Assembly (NCBI GenBank): GCA_946185585.1
Contig: CAMHJP010000002.1
Coordinates: forward strand, 1 to 54,657
Source: an uncultured Bacillales bacterium
Lineage (GTDB): Bacteria > Bacillota_I > Bacilli_A > RFN20 > CAG-826
Length of the DNA: 54,657 nucleotides
Reading direction: 5' to 3'
Every line of letters begins with the position of its first letter. The first letter of the stretch is position 1. The notes under the pieces are model-generated. The model did not search any database. It had not been told where the DNA came from and worked only from the letters and a program-made list of their open reading frames with translations. Positions 25,749-36,028 of this stretch are shown here, one piece after another. The position numbers and the translations under genes were made by a program.

Positions 25749-25961
25749 ATGCCAATCTGTTTAGCTCCATTAAATACTGATGTGAAGATTGTCCGAGTGC
25801 TCACTGATGAAAAAACAAAGAAACATCTTGAGAGTCTTGGAATTTTAGTGAATGCCTCCGTCAAAGTCATCTCTTCGGTGAACGGTGGTGTAGTACTCGC
25901 CGTCAAAGAAGGACGACTCGCGTTGGATCGTTCCATCGCAAATAAAATTCTGGTTGCATAA
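25749..25961 (+). CDS. feoA: FeoA-domain protein
   Basis: 70 aa, SH3-like FeoA pattern (VKIVRV....K.HLESLGI..N..VKV....NGGVVLAVKEGRLALDRSIANKI). SD GGAGG. Confidence 0.85.
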   Translation: MPICLAPLNTDVKIVRVLTDEKTKKHLESLGILVNASVKVISSVNGGVVLAVKEGRLALDRSIANKILVA

Positions 25962-25976
25962 GAAAGGAAGGAATTT

Positions 25977-26216
25977 ATGCTAAAAAAACTAGATGAATTT
26001 CAAATAGGCGAGACTGGCCTAATTAAAAAAGTAGAAGGTGAAGGTCGTCTCCGTCGTAGACTCTTTGACATGGGTGTTACCCCAGGTGCAACTGTCTACC
26101 TTAGAAAGAAAGCTCCTTTAGGAGACCCACTTGAAGTAACCATTCGTGGTTATGAACTCACCTTAAGAAAAAGCGAAGCCGCTTTAGTCCTTCTAGAAGT
26201 GGAGGAAAAGAAATAA
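25977..26216 (+). CDS. feoA: FeoA-domain protein (second copy)
   Basis: 79 aa with GETGLIKKVEGEGRLRRRLFDMGVTPGATV...LEVTIRGYELTLRKSEA. Confidence 0.85.
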   Translation: MLKKLDEFQIGETGLIKKVEGEGRLRRRLFDMGVTPGATVYLRKKAPLGDPLEVTIRGYELTLRKSEAALVLLEVEEKK

Positions 26217-26217
26217 G

Positions 26218-28497
26218 ATGAAACGCTTTGCTTTAGCAGGTAACCCAAACTGCGGAAAAACAACCCTCTTTAATAACTTAACTGGTAGCACAGCTCACGT
26301 TGGTAACTGGCCAGGTGTCACTGTGGAAAAGAAAGATGGTGTCTATAAGAAACTATCTGAACCAATCAAAATCATTGACCTACCAGGAATTTATTCCCTC
26401 TCCCCATACACCAGTGAGGAAGTTATTTCTCGAAACTACATTCTGGATGAAAAACCAGATTGTGTCATCAACATTGTTGATGCAACAAACTTAGAGAGAA
26501 ACTTATATCTTACAACCCAACTTCTTGAAATCGATGTTCCTGTCGTTGTGGCAGTCAACATGATGGATGTCCTTGAGAAAAATGGTGACTCATTAGATGA
26601 AAAAGTTCTTGAAAAGAAACTTGGCGTTCCAGTCGTTAAAATCTCTGCTTTAGAGGAAGCTAACTTAAAAGAACTCATGGAACGAGCTTTTGAAGCTAGT
26701 GAAAAGAAACGTGAAGGAGTCACTGTTTTAGAAAGTAAAGATCTCAAACATCTCGTCGGAGATGTTAAGATTGCCTTTAAAGGCAAGAAAGTGGAAAATC
26801 CACTCTTCCACGCCGTTAAACTCGTGGAAAACGATGAGATCGAAGCAAAGATGCATGAAGAACTTCTACCAATGGTGGAAGAATTCAAACAAACTCTCCA
26901 TGATGAAACATTCGGTAACGATATCGAAGCCATCATCGCGGATGAACGTTATAACTACATCTCCAAAAACTTCTCAAAAGTTATTGTTCACTCTGAACTA
27001 GCTGAAAATGAAAAAAAGGAAGTCAAAGAAACCAAATCCGACCGCATCGATAAAGTCTTAACACACAAGGTGTGGGGCTTACTCATCTTTGCCATCATTC
27101 TCTTCTTTGTCTTCCACCTCACATTTAGTGAAAACCTCTTCTTCCTTGGTGGACTCTTCAAAGATGCAGCTCCATCATTTAAAGGAAGTATTTATGAAGG
27201 ATTATTCTGGACCGATGGAGGAATTAACTCTCCAGGCGTCATTCTCTTTAACTTCTTCGATATGTCGTTTAGCGCGATTATTGATGCCGTTAGTGGTGCA
27301 ATGGCAAATGGCTTAGGAGAAGGACACTGGTTAACTGGATTCTTATGCGATGGAGTCCTCTCTGGATTATTCGCTATTCTCGGATTTTTACCGCAAATCT
27401 TGGTTCTTTTCCTCTTCTTCTCCATTATGGAGGACACCGGCTACATGGCTCGTGTCGCCTTCATCTTAGACCGTATCTTTAGAAAATTTGGTCTCTCTGG
27501 AAGAGCATTTATCCCAATGATTATGGGATTTGGTTGCTCTGTTCCAGCAATGATTAATACCCGTACTTTAGCGGATGAACATGAAAAGGTTGCTACAATT
27601 CGTGTTATCCCATTCTTCTCTTGTGGTGCGAAGTTACCAATCTTAGTCGCCATTGCTGGTGGTGTTTGTGAAGTCTTCGGCTTTAGTAGTGTCGACCTTA
27701 TCACCTACTCCATGTATGTTGTTGGTGTCATTACCGCGATTGTGGCTGTTCTCATTATGAGACACTCCACCCAACGTGGTGAAGCTGCTCCATTTATTAT
27801 GGAGTTACCTCAATACCACTTGCCACAATTCCGTGCTTTAATGATCCACCTCTGGGATAAGGCCAAACACTTCGTAAAAAAAGCTTTCACAATCATCTTA
27901 GCTTCTACAATCATTATTTGGTTCTTATCGAACTTTGGTTGGGATTGGCAGATGTGCGAAATGGAAGATTCCATTTTGGCTAGTATTGGTAAATTCATTC
28001 AACCATTATTTACCCCACTTGGCTTTGGCTCACAACTTTCAACCTTTGGTTGGGTGTTTGCTGTTGCCGCCATTACTGGTCTTATTGCCAAAGAAAACGT
28101 TATCGCCACATTCTCTGTTTTAGCCGCTGTCATTGTTAGCGGATTTGAAGGAACAGAAGAAGGTGTTGCTGAAGCGGTTGTAATGATTACCAACACTGGT
28201 ATTTCTTGGCCAGGTGCGATTGCCTTTATCGCCTTTAATATGCTTACTATCCCATGCTTTGCTGCATGTGCTACCGCTCGAGGCGAACTTCAAAAAGGAA
28301 CATTTAAATGGACACTCCTCTTCTGGATTGTTGCTTCATTTATTGGTGCTTCCTTCGTCTACTGCTTCTTAAGCATGTTTAGCACTGATACACTTGCTTG
28401 GGCAATTCCATGCACCGCAGTGTTTATCGCATTAGGTGTCTTAACTGTTTTCTATCTTCGTCATTACGAAAGAAAACAAGACGCCAAAGTAGCTTAA
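26218..28497 (+). CDS. feoB: ferrous iron transporter FeoB
   Basis: N-terminal G-domain GNPNCGKTTLFN and DLPGIYSL, followed by a large polytopic membrane domain. 759 aa. Confidence 0.95.
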   Translation: MKRFALAGNPNCGKTTLFNNLTGSTAHVGNWPGVTVEKKDGVYKKLSEPIKIIDLPGIYSLSPYTSEEVISRNYILDEKPDCVINIVDATNLERNLYLTTQLLEIDVPVVVAVNMMDVLEKNGDSLDEKVLEKKLGVPVVKISALEEANLKELMERAFEASEKKREGVTVLESKDLKHLVGDVKIAFKGKKVENPLFHAVKLVENDEIEAKMHEELLPMVEEFKQTLHDETFGNDIEAIIADERYNYISKNFSKVIVHSELAENEKKEVKETKSDRIDKVLTHKVWGLLIFAIILFFVFHLTFSENLFFLGGLFKDAAPSFKGSIYEGLFWTDGGINSPGVILFNFFDMSFSAIIDAVSGAMANGLGEGHWLTGFLCDGVLSGLFAILGFLPQILVLFLFFSIMEDTGYMARVAFILDRIFRKFGLSGRAFIPMIMGFGCSVPAMINTRTLADEHEKVATIRVIPFFSCGAKLPILVAIAGGVCEVFGFSSVDLITYSMYVVGVITAIVAVLIMRHSTQRGEAAPFIMELPQYHLPQFRALMIHLWDKAKHFVKKAFTIILASTIIIWFLSNFGWDWQMCEMEDSILASIGKFIQPLFTPLGFGSQLSTFGWVFAVAAITGLIAKENVIATFSVLAAVIVSGFEGTEEGVAEAVVMITNTGISWPGAIAFIAFNMLTIPCFAACATARGELQKGTFKWTLLFWIVASFIGASFVYCFLSMFSTDTLAWAIPCTAVFIALGVLTVFYLRHYERKQDAKVA

Positions 28498-28532
28498 TTA
28501 CTTACCCATAAGTAAGAGAAAGGAAAATAGTA

Positions 28533-28724
28533 ATGTTTCAAAATCCAAATACTTTATGGATTGAAATCCTTGTTGTTGTGTTAACACTTGCTTTTTTCCT
28601 TCTCCTGCTTGGAAGATACATCTACAAAAAGAAAAAAGGTCTTCCAACAGGAGAGTGTGCGTCCTGTGCTTTGAAAGGTAAAACCCTTCTAAACCAGTAC
28701 CACAAATGCTACTGTAAGAAATAA
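28533..28724 (+). CDS. FeoB-associated Cys-rich small membrane protein
   Basis: 63 aa with one TM helix, then KKKKGLPTGECASCA...CYC. Confidence 0.7.
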   Translation: MFQNPNTLWIEILVVVLTLAFFLLLLGRYIYKKKKGLPTGECASCALKGKTLLNQYHKCYCKK

Positions 28725-28736
28725 TTAATCTAGATT

Positions 28737-28768
28737 AGGCTGATCCAAGTTGGTCAGCCTTTTTATTT
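28737..28768 (+). terminator. intrinsic terminator after the feo operon
   Basis: Hairpin AGGCTGATC-N6-GGTCAGCCT followed by TTTTTATTT. Confidence 0.8.
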
Positions 28769-28814
28769 ATATTTTTGTTAGTATTAACTAATAGGTGGTA
28801 TAATAACTATCAAT

Positions 28815-30086
28815 ATGAGTGGAAATGCCATTTTTAATGCAACAGTTTGTATTATTGGAATTGGAATTCTTTTCATCCATGCCTTAAATGTCGTTGTGAA
28901 AAAGAACCGTGGAAAAGATGGAACTCGTCTATTAAACTTCCTTCTTTTTACAGTTCTACACTTCGCGACTTATCTCACATTTACTTTAGTTAAAGCGAAT
29001 TATACAAGTGATCCATTCATCATCTCGTTTTACACCATTTTTTATATCTTTAATAACATTGAAGCTTTGCTTCTTTATCTTTATACGATTGAATATATCG
29101 ATCTAGAGAAGAAAACGAAGAAAAGATTAAATATTGTTAATCTCACTTTGTTCTCCGTCTTTGTTATTTTAGATATTGTGAACATTTTTACCGGAATATT
29201 CTTTACTTCCGTAAATGGTGTATACACTCGAAGCAAAACAATGCTGATCTCCCAAGGATATCAATTTATCTTATTCATTATTATCTTCGTGATCACGGTG
29301 TTTAATAAGAAACTTAACCTTCGTGAGAAACTCGCCTTTGGTTCATATTGCATTCTTCCTTTAATCGCGATTATCTTACAAAACTTCTTTAAAGGATACG
29401 CAATAGCGTATCTCTCCATCATTATCGCGATTGAAATGCTCTTTTTGTTTTTAAACATGACCAGGAATATTCAATTAAGTGAGGCCCAAGAGAAGAACGA
29501 AGAAGCCCAGATTAAAATCATGATGTCGCAGATTCAACCGCACTTCATCTATAACTCTTTATCTTCCATCTCAACTTTAATCCCAATCGACCAATATAAA
29601 GCCCAGAAAGCCTTAGATGACTTTACCGAATATTTACGTCATAACTTATCTAGTCTTACCCAAACAAGTCTCATCCCATTTGACGATGAACTTCGTCATA
29701 TCCAAACATATGTCTCTTTAGAGAAGGTTCGTTTTAACGAGCGTCTACATGTCGTTTATGACATTCAAACAACTGACTTTTACGTTCCACCTTTATCTCT
29801 TCAACCTTTAGTCGAAAATGCGGTGAAACACGGCATTTTAAAGAAGGTTGAAGGAGGTACACTTCTCTTTAAGACAGAGGAAGTAGAAGACGCCTACATC
29901 GTCACGATTAAAGATGATGGAGTGGGTTTTGATCCAAAGACAATCGACTTTGGTTCAAATAAACATATTGGAATCAATAACATTAAAAACCGTTTAAAAA
30001 GTATGTGTCATGCGGATTTAATCATTCAAAGTGAACCAGGTGTCGGAACAAACACAACTGTTAAGTTCTATAAGGAGCAAAAATGA
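28815..30086 (+). CDS. LytS/YesM-type sensor histidine kinase
   Basis: Six N-terminal TM helices. His-kinase block QIQPHFIYNSL and the GHKL ATPase region (ENAVKHG..., DDGVGF, GIGINN). Confidence 0.85.
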   Translation: MSGNAIFNATVCIIGIGILFIHALNVVVKKNRGKDGTRLLNFLLFTVLHFATYLTFTLVKANYTSDPFIISFYTIFYIFNNIEALLLYLYTIEYIDLEKKTKKRLNIVNLTLFSVFVILDIVNIFTGIFFTSVNGVYTRSKTMLISQGYQFILFIIIFVITVFNKKLNLREKLAFGSYCILPLIAIILQNFFKGYAIAYLSIIIAIEMLFLFLNMTRNIQLSEAQEKNEEAQIKIMMSQIQPHFIYNSLSSISTLIPIDQYKAQKALDDFTEYLRHNLSSLTQTSLIPFDDELRHIQTYVSLEKVRFNERLHVVYDIQTTDFYVPPLSLQPLVENAVKHGILKKVEGGTLLFKTEEVEDAYIVTIKDDGVGFDPKTIDFGSNKHIGINNIKNRLKSMCHADLIIQSEPGVGTNTTVKFYKEQK

Positions 30087-30841
30087 GAATTCTACTAGTT
30101 GATGATGAAGAACTTCAATTACTACGTCTAGTTAACACAGTCAAAAGTGTTCTAAAAGATGAAGATTTATTATCTTTCTCTAACCCTGATAAAGCGCTTG
30201 AAGAAGCAAAAAAGAATGGAATTGATCTTGCTTTTTTAGATATTGAAATGCCGCACTTAAATGGTATTCAACTCGCAAAAAAACTAAAAGCGATCAACCC
30301 GCAAACAAAGGTTATTTTTGTGACCGCCTACGATAACTATGCCCTTGATGCATTTAAGGTTCATGCTTCTGGTTATGTGACGAAACCAGTCAATGTCGAT
30401 AAGATCAAAAAAGAACTCGAACAACTCGAAGGTTTAGTTGAACTTCAACCAACAAAGAAAATCCAAATTAAATGTTTTGGAAACTTTGAAATTTTCTACC
30501 AAGGTGAACCAGTAAAATTTGCTTATCAAAAATCCAAAGAAGTGGTCGCTTATCTAGTTGACCGCGAAGGTTCAATGGTCAATGTCAACGAACTTAACGC
30601 CGTTCTTTGGGAAGAAGATCATAAATCTTATTTAAGAAATTTAATCGCGGATATTAAAAACTCCTTCAACGCGATTAACTGTGGTGATGTTTTTATTAAA
30701 AGACATAACGAATGCGCCATCGATATCAACAAAGTTGATTGTGACGCATTTGAATATAAAAAAGATAACCCAGATGCCGTGAGAATGTATCGCGGGGAAT
30801 ACATGATTCAATACCCTTGGGCAGTGTTCAAGGATGAATAA
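30083..30841 (+). CDS. response regulator with C-terminal SARP/winged-helix-type output domain
   Basis: Receiver domain LLVDDE...DLAFLDIEMP...VIFVTA. The output domain KCFGNFEIFYQGEPVKFAYQKSKEVVAYLVDREGSMVNVNEL resembles SARP/OmpR-type wHTH. Overlaps the kinase stop. Confidence 0.8.
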   Translation: MRILLVDDEELQLLRLVNTVKSVLKDEDLLSFSNPDKALEEAKKNGIDLAFLDIEMPHLNGIQLAKKLKAINPQTKVIFVTAYDNYALDAFKVHASGYVTKPVNVDKIKKELEQLEGLVELQPTKKIQIKCFGNFEIFYQGEPVKFAYQKSKEVVAYLVDREGSMVNVNELNAVLWEEDHKSYLRNLIADIKNSFNAINCGDVFIKRHNECAIDINKVDCDAFEYKKDNPDAVRMYRGEYMIQYPWAVFKDE

Positions 30842-30858
30842 TTTATTATTAGTTTAAA

Positions 30859-30892
30859 AAAGTGTGGCACTTTTGTGACACTCTTTTGTTTA
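30859..30892 (+). terminator. intrinsic terminator after the two-component genes
   Basis: Hairpin AGTGT(GG)CAC-TTTT-GTGACACT followed by a T-rich run. Confidence 0.6.
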
Positions 30893-30937
30893 TTATTTTA
30901 ATATTCTTATTTAAATAAATAATTCGGGAGGTTATTT

Positions 30938-33900
30938 ATGAAGAAAATATACGGAATATTAATCTGTGGAACACTTGGTGTTTCTCTTCTTTCTGGCGTT
31001 CTTGTAAATTCGTCAAAGAAGAGCGCTACAGTCAAAGATGCAATTCCATCTGATTTTCGCTTAATTAAAGGAGCCCCAGTTCAACCAAAAGGTTCTGGAA
31101 CATCAGCTGATCCATATAAAATTGGCACACTAGAAGAACTTGAATGGTTTAGAAACGACATCAATAGTAAATCAAAAGCTGCTGATCGTAACAAATGCGC
31201 AATTTTGACAAGCGATATTGATCTTCAAGGTAGTGCTGAAAACCAATGGATTCCAATTGGCTATCCTGATAGTAAAGATTTCCGCGGAACATTTGATGGC
31301 GATGGCTATACAATTTCTGGTCTTTACATTAACGATAGCTCATCTCGTTCGGCGAATAGTCTTTTTGGACAGGTTCGTAATGGAACTGTTAAAAATTTGA
31401 CTGTTCGCGGTGAAGTTACTTCATCATCAGAATCTGCTGGTGGTATTATAGACTATCTTTACCAAGGAACTGCTGACAAATGTTACAGTTATGTTACTGT
31501 AAGAACCAATGGTAGTACTAGTGCTGGCGGCATTTCTGCTGCAGGATATAAACCAACGATTACCAATTGTGTGAACTATGGTTCTATAACATCTAAAGGA
31601 AGCGCTGCTGGTATTACGGGCGGTACATATGATTATGGAACTATAAGTAAGTGCGCTAACTATGGTGCCGTTACTGGTGGTAACAGAGTTGGCGGCATTG
31701 TTGGTAGCACAAACACTTCTGATAATATTAATAACTGTTATAACGTTGGAAGTGTATCAAATAGTAGCTACCAGGCTGGCGGTATTGATGGTGAAGCGAC
31801 GGATGGGGATATTCAATGTAACCATAACGTTGGAACTGTTACCGGTAAATATAAAGGTGCTATTATTGGCTCCTTCCATCCTTATTCACCAAACGTTAGC
31901 AAAAACTATTATAAAGAAGGTTCTTGTTCTTCTGATTCTGCTGGGTCAACAATGGTTACTGCAGCAAACTACACAACAGAATCCTCATTTGATGGTTTTG
32001 ATTTTACAAATACTTGGAGAATGGGTCCTAATTACCCAGTTCTTCGTCATACATTTAGCGGCGGAGATGGATCTCAATCAAATCCATACATCGTTAAATC
32101 TGTCGCTGATTTAGATCACATCGGAGATGATGTAACAAAACATTATAAATTAGGACACGATATTAATTATTTTGGTAGTGATACTAACTTATTCACTCCA
32201 ATCGGAACTACAGCTGCTCCATTTACTGGATCATTTGACGGTAACGGTTATACCGTTTCTAATATCTATATTAAAAATACTACATCACCAGGTGAACCAG
32301 TTGGTTTCTTTGGATCAGCTGCTGCTGGTTCAGTAATTAAAAACTTTACCTTAACTGGTACAGTCATGAACGAAGATACAACAAATAACCCAAATACAAA
32401 TAACACTGGTGGTATTGTTGGATTTAGCGAAGGAAAACTTTTCCAATGTCACAACAATGCCTTTGTTATGGGCAAATATAACGTTGGTGGTGTTGTTGGA
32501 CGTTTAGGATATCAATACACATCCTATACCGCTGAAACATTCCCAACAATTGAACAATGTAGCAACCACTCAGCTCTTATTGCTACTGAAGAAACGGCTG
32601 GTGGTATTGTTGGCCGTGCTTATGGATTAATTACCAATTCGTTCAATGCTGGAAATGTTAGTGTTGCTAATCCAACAACAGCTGGTCACATTTATGCAGG
32701 TGGTATCGCTGGTTCGCTTCATGGCGCTACCGGTACTGAAACTTCTAGAATCGAATATTGTCATAGCCAAGGCTTGATTACTGCCTATGCTTATGTCGGT
32801 TCATTAATCGGCTATAAACAAAGTGGCAACATTAATAGATGTTATTACTACGAAAGTAGTTGTTATGTTGGAACCAAAGGTTACAACATGAATGGTGCTG
32901 TTGGTACTTCATCTGGCACACAAACTGCTGCTGGATCAGCCTCGTTAAATGATGAACAAAGAAACGTTCCTGCGAACTATGGTGATTGGGATTTCAACAC
33001 GATTTGGATGAAAGGCGAAAATTATCCAGTTTTCTATGATGCTGTCAAACTCGTTATCAACGCAATTAATGAAATTGGAACTGTTGATGCTTCATCCGAT
33101 TGCTTAACTAGAATTAACAATGCCAAAACTTTATATAACGCTCTTAGTGCAGAAGAAAAAACAAAAGTGACAAACTACGCTACACTAGTTGAAGCGGAAG
33201 TTAAATATGTTGAAGCCTTAATTGATTTAATTGAATTAGGTGTCTTCACTGATGAAAACAAAATTAAAATTGATACTGCTAAAGCAGCGTACAATTCTTT
33301 AAGTAGTTCTCAAAAACAAAGTGTTGATGCTACTAAAACTGCACTTCTAGAAAACGCTGATAAAGTCTATAACGCCGAAAAAGCAATCAGTGAGATTCCA
33401 AATCCTTTTGAATACACCGAAGCATTCAAGACTGCTTTAGATGCCGCTAAAACAGCCTACTATGGAATCGATGATGAAGATATCCAAGAAGAAGTTGTTA
33501 ATCGCCAAACATTATTTGATGCGGAAGCTTTCTGGAAAGAACATGATGATCCAGTAAAAGCTCAAGAAGTTAAAAACTTAATTGATGCGATTGCACCAAT
33601 TGAATATACAGATGATTGTTCTGACAAAATCAATGCTGCTCGTACAGCTTATGATGCCTTAAGCGATGAAGCAAAAGCCATGGTCGGAGACCAATACCTC
33701 GCTACATTAGTTTCATATGAAAAAGAATATGATTGCATGGATAAAATCGCTAAGATTGCTCCAGTAACATACACTCCAGCATGTGAGACTAAAATCAATG
33801 CTGCTCGTGAGGCCTATAACGCATTAAGCGGCCAAGAGCAGGCTAACATTTCTAACTATGAAACATTAGTTTCAGCAGAAAAGATTTACCCAGTTGAAGG

Positions 33901-34687
33901 AAATATTGAAGCTATTGGTACAGTTGAATACACAGAAGAATGTAAGGCTCGTATCGATGCTGCTCGTACATCGTTTGATGCATTAAACGAATCTGAACAA
34001 AATGATGTTGATAATAAACAAAAACTACTTGATGCCGAAGCAGCCTATAAAGAATACGATGATTTTGCTAAATCAAACGCTGTAAAAGAACTTATTAACG
34101 CCATTGGTGAAGTTGTTTTAGACAACCCAACCAAGGAAGCAATTGAAGCAGCCGAAGCAGCATATGAAGCTCTTAGCCCAGAAGCTAAAGCTTTAGTCGG
34201 AGACGAACTTTATGAAGTTCTTATTGAAGCACGTGCTACTTACAACTCCTTAGTCGATAATGCTGCGGCTAATGAAGTTATTGCAAAGATTAACGCTATT
34301 GGCGAGGTTGATGGTAGCGATGAATGCAAAACTCGCATTAGTGATGCTCGTTCATCTTATGATGCATTAACTGAGACACAAAAAGGTTTGGTTAGTAACT
34401 ATGAAACATTACTTGCTGCCGAAAAAGCCTATGCTGAAAAAACAAGTGGTCTTGCCTGGTGGGCGATTGCTCTTATCGTAGTTGCTTGCTTAGCGGTGGT
34501 CTTTGCTATTGCATATTGCTTACTCTTCTTTGTCTTTAACAAATGGATTAAGAAAGATGAAAAAGCCATCCGTGTTTTCCCACTTGGAAAGAAAGGCGAG
34601 CAAGTTCGCTTAATCTCCATGTGCTGTAAGGTGGAATACCGTAAAGCTGAAGAAGTCTATAAATCCAAGTCTGAAGCATTAAAATAA
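30938..34687 (+). CDS. large surface protein: two GLUG-motif beta-helix modules, about nine helical repeats, C-terminal TM anchor
   Basis: Signal peptide. Recurrent AGGI(V/I/S/D)G motifs occur in two modules, each ending ...W.MG.NYPV. It then has repeats and a TM helix WWAIALIVVACLAVVFAIAYCLLFFVF with a cytoplasmic tail. Confidence 0.8.
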   Translation: MKKIYGILICGTLGVSLLSGVLVNSSKKSATVKDAIPSDFRLIKGAPVQPKGSGTSADPYKIGTLEELEWFRNDINSKSKAADRNKCAILTSDIDLQGSAENQWIPIGYPDSKDFRGTFDGDGYTISGLYINDSSSRSANSLFGQVRNGTVKNLTVRGEVTSSSESAGGIIDYLYQGTADKCYSYVTVRTNGSTSAGGISAAGYKPTITNCVNYGSITSKGSAAGITGGTYDYGTISKCANYGAVTGGNRVGGIVGSTNTSDNINNCYNVGSVSNSSYQAGGIDGEATDGDIQCNHNVGTVTGKYKGAIIGSFHPYSPNVSKNYYKEGSCSSDSAGSTMVTAANYTTESSFDGFDFTNTWRMGPNYPVLRHTFSGGDGSQSNPYIVKSVADLDHIGDDVTKHYKLGHDINYFGSDTNLFTPIGTTAAPFTGSFDGNGYTVSNIYIKNTTSPGEPVGFFGSAAAGSVIKNFTLTGTVMNEDTTNNPNTNNTGGIVGFSEGKLFQCHNNAFVMGKYNVGGVVGRLGYQYTSYTAETFPTIEQCSNHSALIATEETAGGIVGRAYGLITNSFNAGNVSVANPTTAGHIYAGGIAGSLHGATGTETSRIEYCHSQGLITAYAYVGSLIGYKQSGNINRCYYYESSCYVGTKGYNMNGAVGTSSGTQTAAGSASLNDEQRNVPANYGDWDFNTIWMKGENYPVFYDAVKLVINAINEIGTVDASSDCLTRINNAKTLYNALSAEEKTKVTNYATLVEAEVKYVEALIDLIELGVFTDENKIKIDTAKAAYNSLSSSQKQSVDATKTALLENADKVYNAEKAISEIPNPFEYTEAFKTALDAAKTAYYGIDDEDIQEEVVNRQTLFDAEAFWKEHDDPVKAQEVKNLIDAIAPIEYTDDCSDKINAARTAYDALSDEAKAMVGDQYLATLVSYEKEYDCMDKIAKIAPVTYTPACETKINAAREAYNALSGQEQANISNYETLVSAEKIYPVEGNIEAIGTVEYTEECKARIDAARTSFDALNESEQNDVDNKQKLLDAEAAYKEYDDFAKSNAVKELINAIGEVVLDNPTKEAIEAAEAAYEALSPEAKALVGDELYEVLIEARATYNSLVDNAAANEVIAKINAIGEVDGSDECKTRISDARSSYDALTETQKGLVSNYETLLAAEKAYAEKTSGLAWWAIALIVVACLAVVFAIAYCLLFFVFNKWIKKDEKAIRVFPLGKKGEQVRLISMCCKVEYRKAEEVYKSKSEALK
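33041..34437 (+). repeat. intragenic tandem coding repeats (about 55-60 aa helical units)
   Basis: The unit I.AIG.V....C..RI..AR..YDALS..EK..V.NY.TL..AE..Y is repeated about 9 times with divergence. Confidence 0.75.
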
Positions 34688-34706
34688 TTATATATAATTA
34701 ATAATT

Positions 34707-34737
34707 GTCCGTAGATAATCTACGGACTTTTATTTTT
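34707..34737 (+). terminator. intrinsic terminator
   Basis: Hairpin GTCCGTAGA-TAA-TCTACGGAC followed by TTTTATTTTT. Confidence 0.85.
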
Positions 34738-34789
34738 GTGTAGAAATGTGTATAATATATTTTGTTTTACAAAGGAGATCAGTATAAAT

Positions 34790-35440
34790 ATGAAATTTCC
34801 AAATGCTCAAAAAGGTGTCACTAAACTCTGGGTTGGAGCTTTAGTCGGCATTATTGTTACAGCAATCGCCGTGATTGGTTCAATTTTATTAGGTTTTAGC
34901 AATGGTTCAGAGGTTCTTAAGAAAACCGGTGTTGCTGTTGTTGGTGCCGGTGGTATTGCTGGATTAGTTGTTTTTATCATCGAACTTATTGGACTTCATC
35001 AAGCAAGTGAAGACGATAAAAACTTCAATAGTGCTTTATGGATGGTTATTTTTGGATTAATCATCAGCATCATTGCTGGTGTTATCGGGGCCATCAATAA
35101 TGATATTTGTACAACAGTTGCTAAATATCTAGGTATTCTTGGTAGTGCTACTTCATTATTTTCTTTAGTTTATATTTTCCATGGAATTATGGAGATTTCT
35201 AAGAAACTAAATAACGAAGACATGGTTAAAGAAGGACGAAGATTAATCTTTGTTATTTATATCCTCCTTATCGCTGACATGGTCTTTAGTTTATTCGGTA
35301 ATATCTTTGAAACAAACGCAGCTGACTGGATGAAAATTGTTGTTTCTGTTTTAGTGGTTGCTGCCGCCGTTTTAGAGGTCGTCGCCACAGTCATTACCTT
35401 CCTTTATTACACCAAAGCAAAAGAAGTATTTAAGAAATAA
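34790..35440 (+). CDS. polytopic membrane protein, unknown function
   Basis: AAAGGAG SD precedes ATG 34790, which is preferred over the track start at 34736. About 6 TM helices. Confidence 0.6.
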   Translation: MKFPNAQKGVTKLWVGALVGIIVTAIAVIGSILLGFSNGSEVLKKTGVAVVGAGGIAGLVVFIIELIGLHQASEDDKNFNSALWMVIFGLIISIIAGVIGAINNDICTTVAKYLGILGSATSLFSLVYIFHGIMEISKKLNNEDMVKEGRRLIFVIYILLIADMVFSLFGNIFETNAADWMKIVVSVLVVAAAVLEVVATVITFLYYTKAKEVFKK

Positions 35441-35457
35441 GGTTTATCTAATAAGAT

Positions 35458-35485
35458 AAAGGGTGTCAGTCTTGACACCCTTTTT
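35458..35485. terminator. bidirectional terminator between convergent genes
   Basis: Hairpin AAAGGGTGTCA-GTCT-TGACACCCTTT. Confidence 0.8.
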
Positions 35486-35949
35486 CATTCTTTAATGACT
35501 TTAATTAGTTCATCTTTGACGTGTTCAATGAATTCTTTTTCTTCTTGTTTAAACCGAGAACAAATCGGAGAATCTAAATCAATCACTCCGATGAGTTTTT
35601 CTTCCTTAATTAGAGGGACAACAATTTCGCTTTTTGATAATGAAGAACAAGCAATATGTCCATCAAACTGATTTACATCATCAACAACGATTGTTTTTCT
35701 TGCTTCTGCGCTTTTCCCACAAACTCCTTTTCCTAAAGGAATTCTAGTACAAGCAACATCACCTTGAAATGGGCCAAGCACAAGTTCGTTATCTATGAGT
35801 AGATAAAAACCCGCCCAATTCACATCTTCCATCTTAAAAAGAATTGCTGAAGTATTCGCTAGATTAGTGAAAAGTGGAAGGTCATCTTTGACAATCGCTT
35901 GAACTTGATTAAGTAATGTTTGATAACGCTCATTCATTGTGCCAATCAT
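35485..35949 (-). CDS. GAF-domain protein, free methionine-(R)-sulfoxide reductase-like
   Basis: 154 aa. WAGFYL...LVLGPFQGDVACTRIPLGKGVCG...HIACSSLSKSEIVVPL matches the fRMsr/YebR pattern. Confidence 0.7.
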   Translation of the reverse strand: MIGTMNERYQTLLNQVQAIVKDDLPLFTNLANTSAILFKMEDVNWAGFYLLIDNELVLGPFQGDVACTRIPLGKGVCGKSAEARKTIVVDDVNQFDGHIACSSLSKSEIVVPLIKEEKLIGVIDLDSPICSRFKQEEKEFIEHVKDELIKVIKE

Positions 35950-35980
35950 TTTATCATAGATAAGGATAAAGAAAAATTTT

Positions 35981-36028
35981 TTGTCTCATGCGCGTCATTC
36001 AAGGTAAATGACCGCGCACGCGAGACAA
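35981..36028. other. GC-rich imperfect 18-bp-stem hairpin in a divergent intergenic region
   Basis: TTGTCTC-A-TGCGCG-TCATT ... AATGA-C-CGCGCA-CGC-GAGACAA. There is no T-run, and it lies upstream of the TTGACT/TACAAT promoter of 36094. Confidence 0.5.

Noticed and set aside
26436-26936. 166-aa antisense ORF inside feoB. Similar antisense or alternate-frame ORFs are listed elsewhere, for example 27441-27704, 45525-45860, 47529-47915, 31662-32114, 38104-38376, 43325-43643 and 53530-53874.
   Set aside because: All lie entirely within well-supported genes (FeoB, HydB, HydA, surface proteins, rubrerythrin, nucleases). They have low-complexity Ser/Arg/Leu-rich translations, no SD and no recognisable motifs, so they are treated as frame artefacts.
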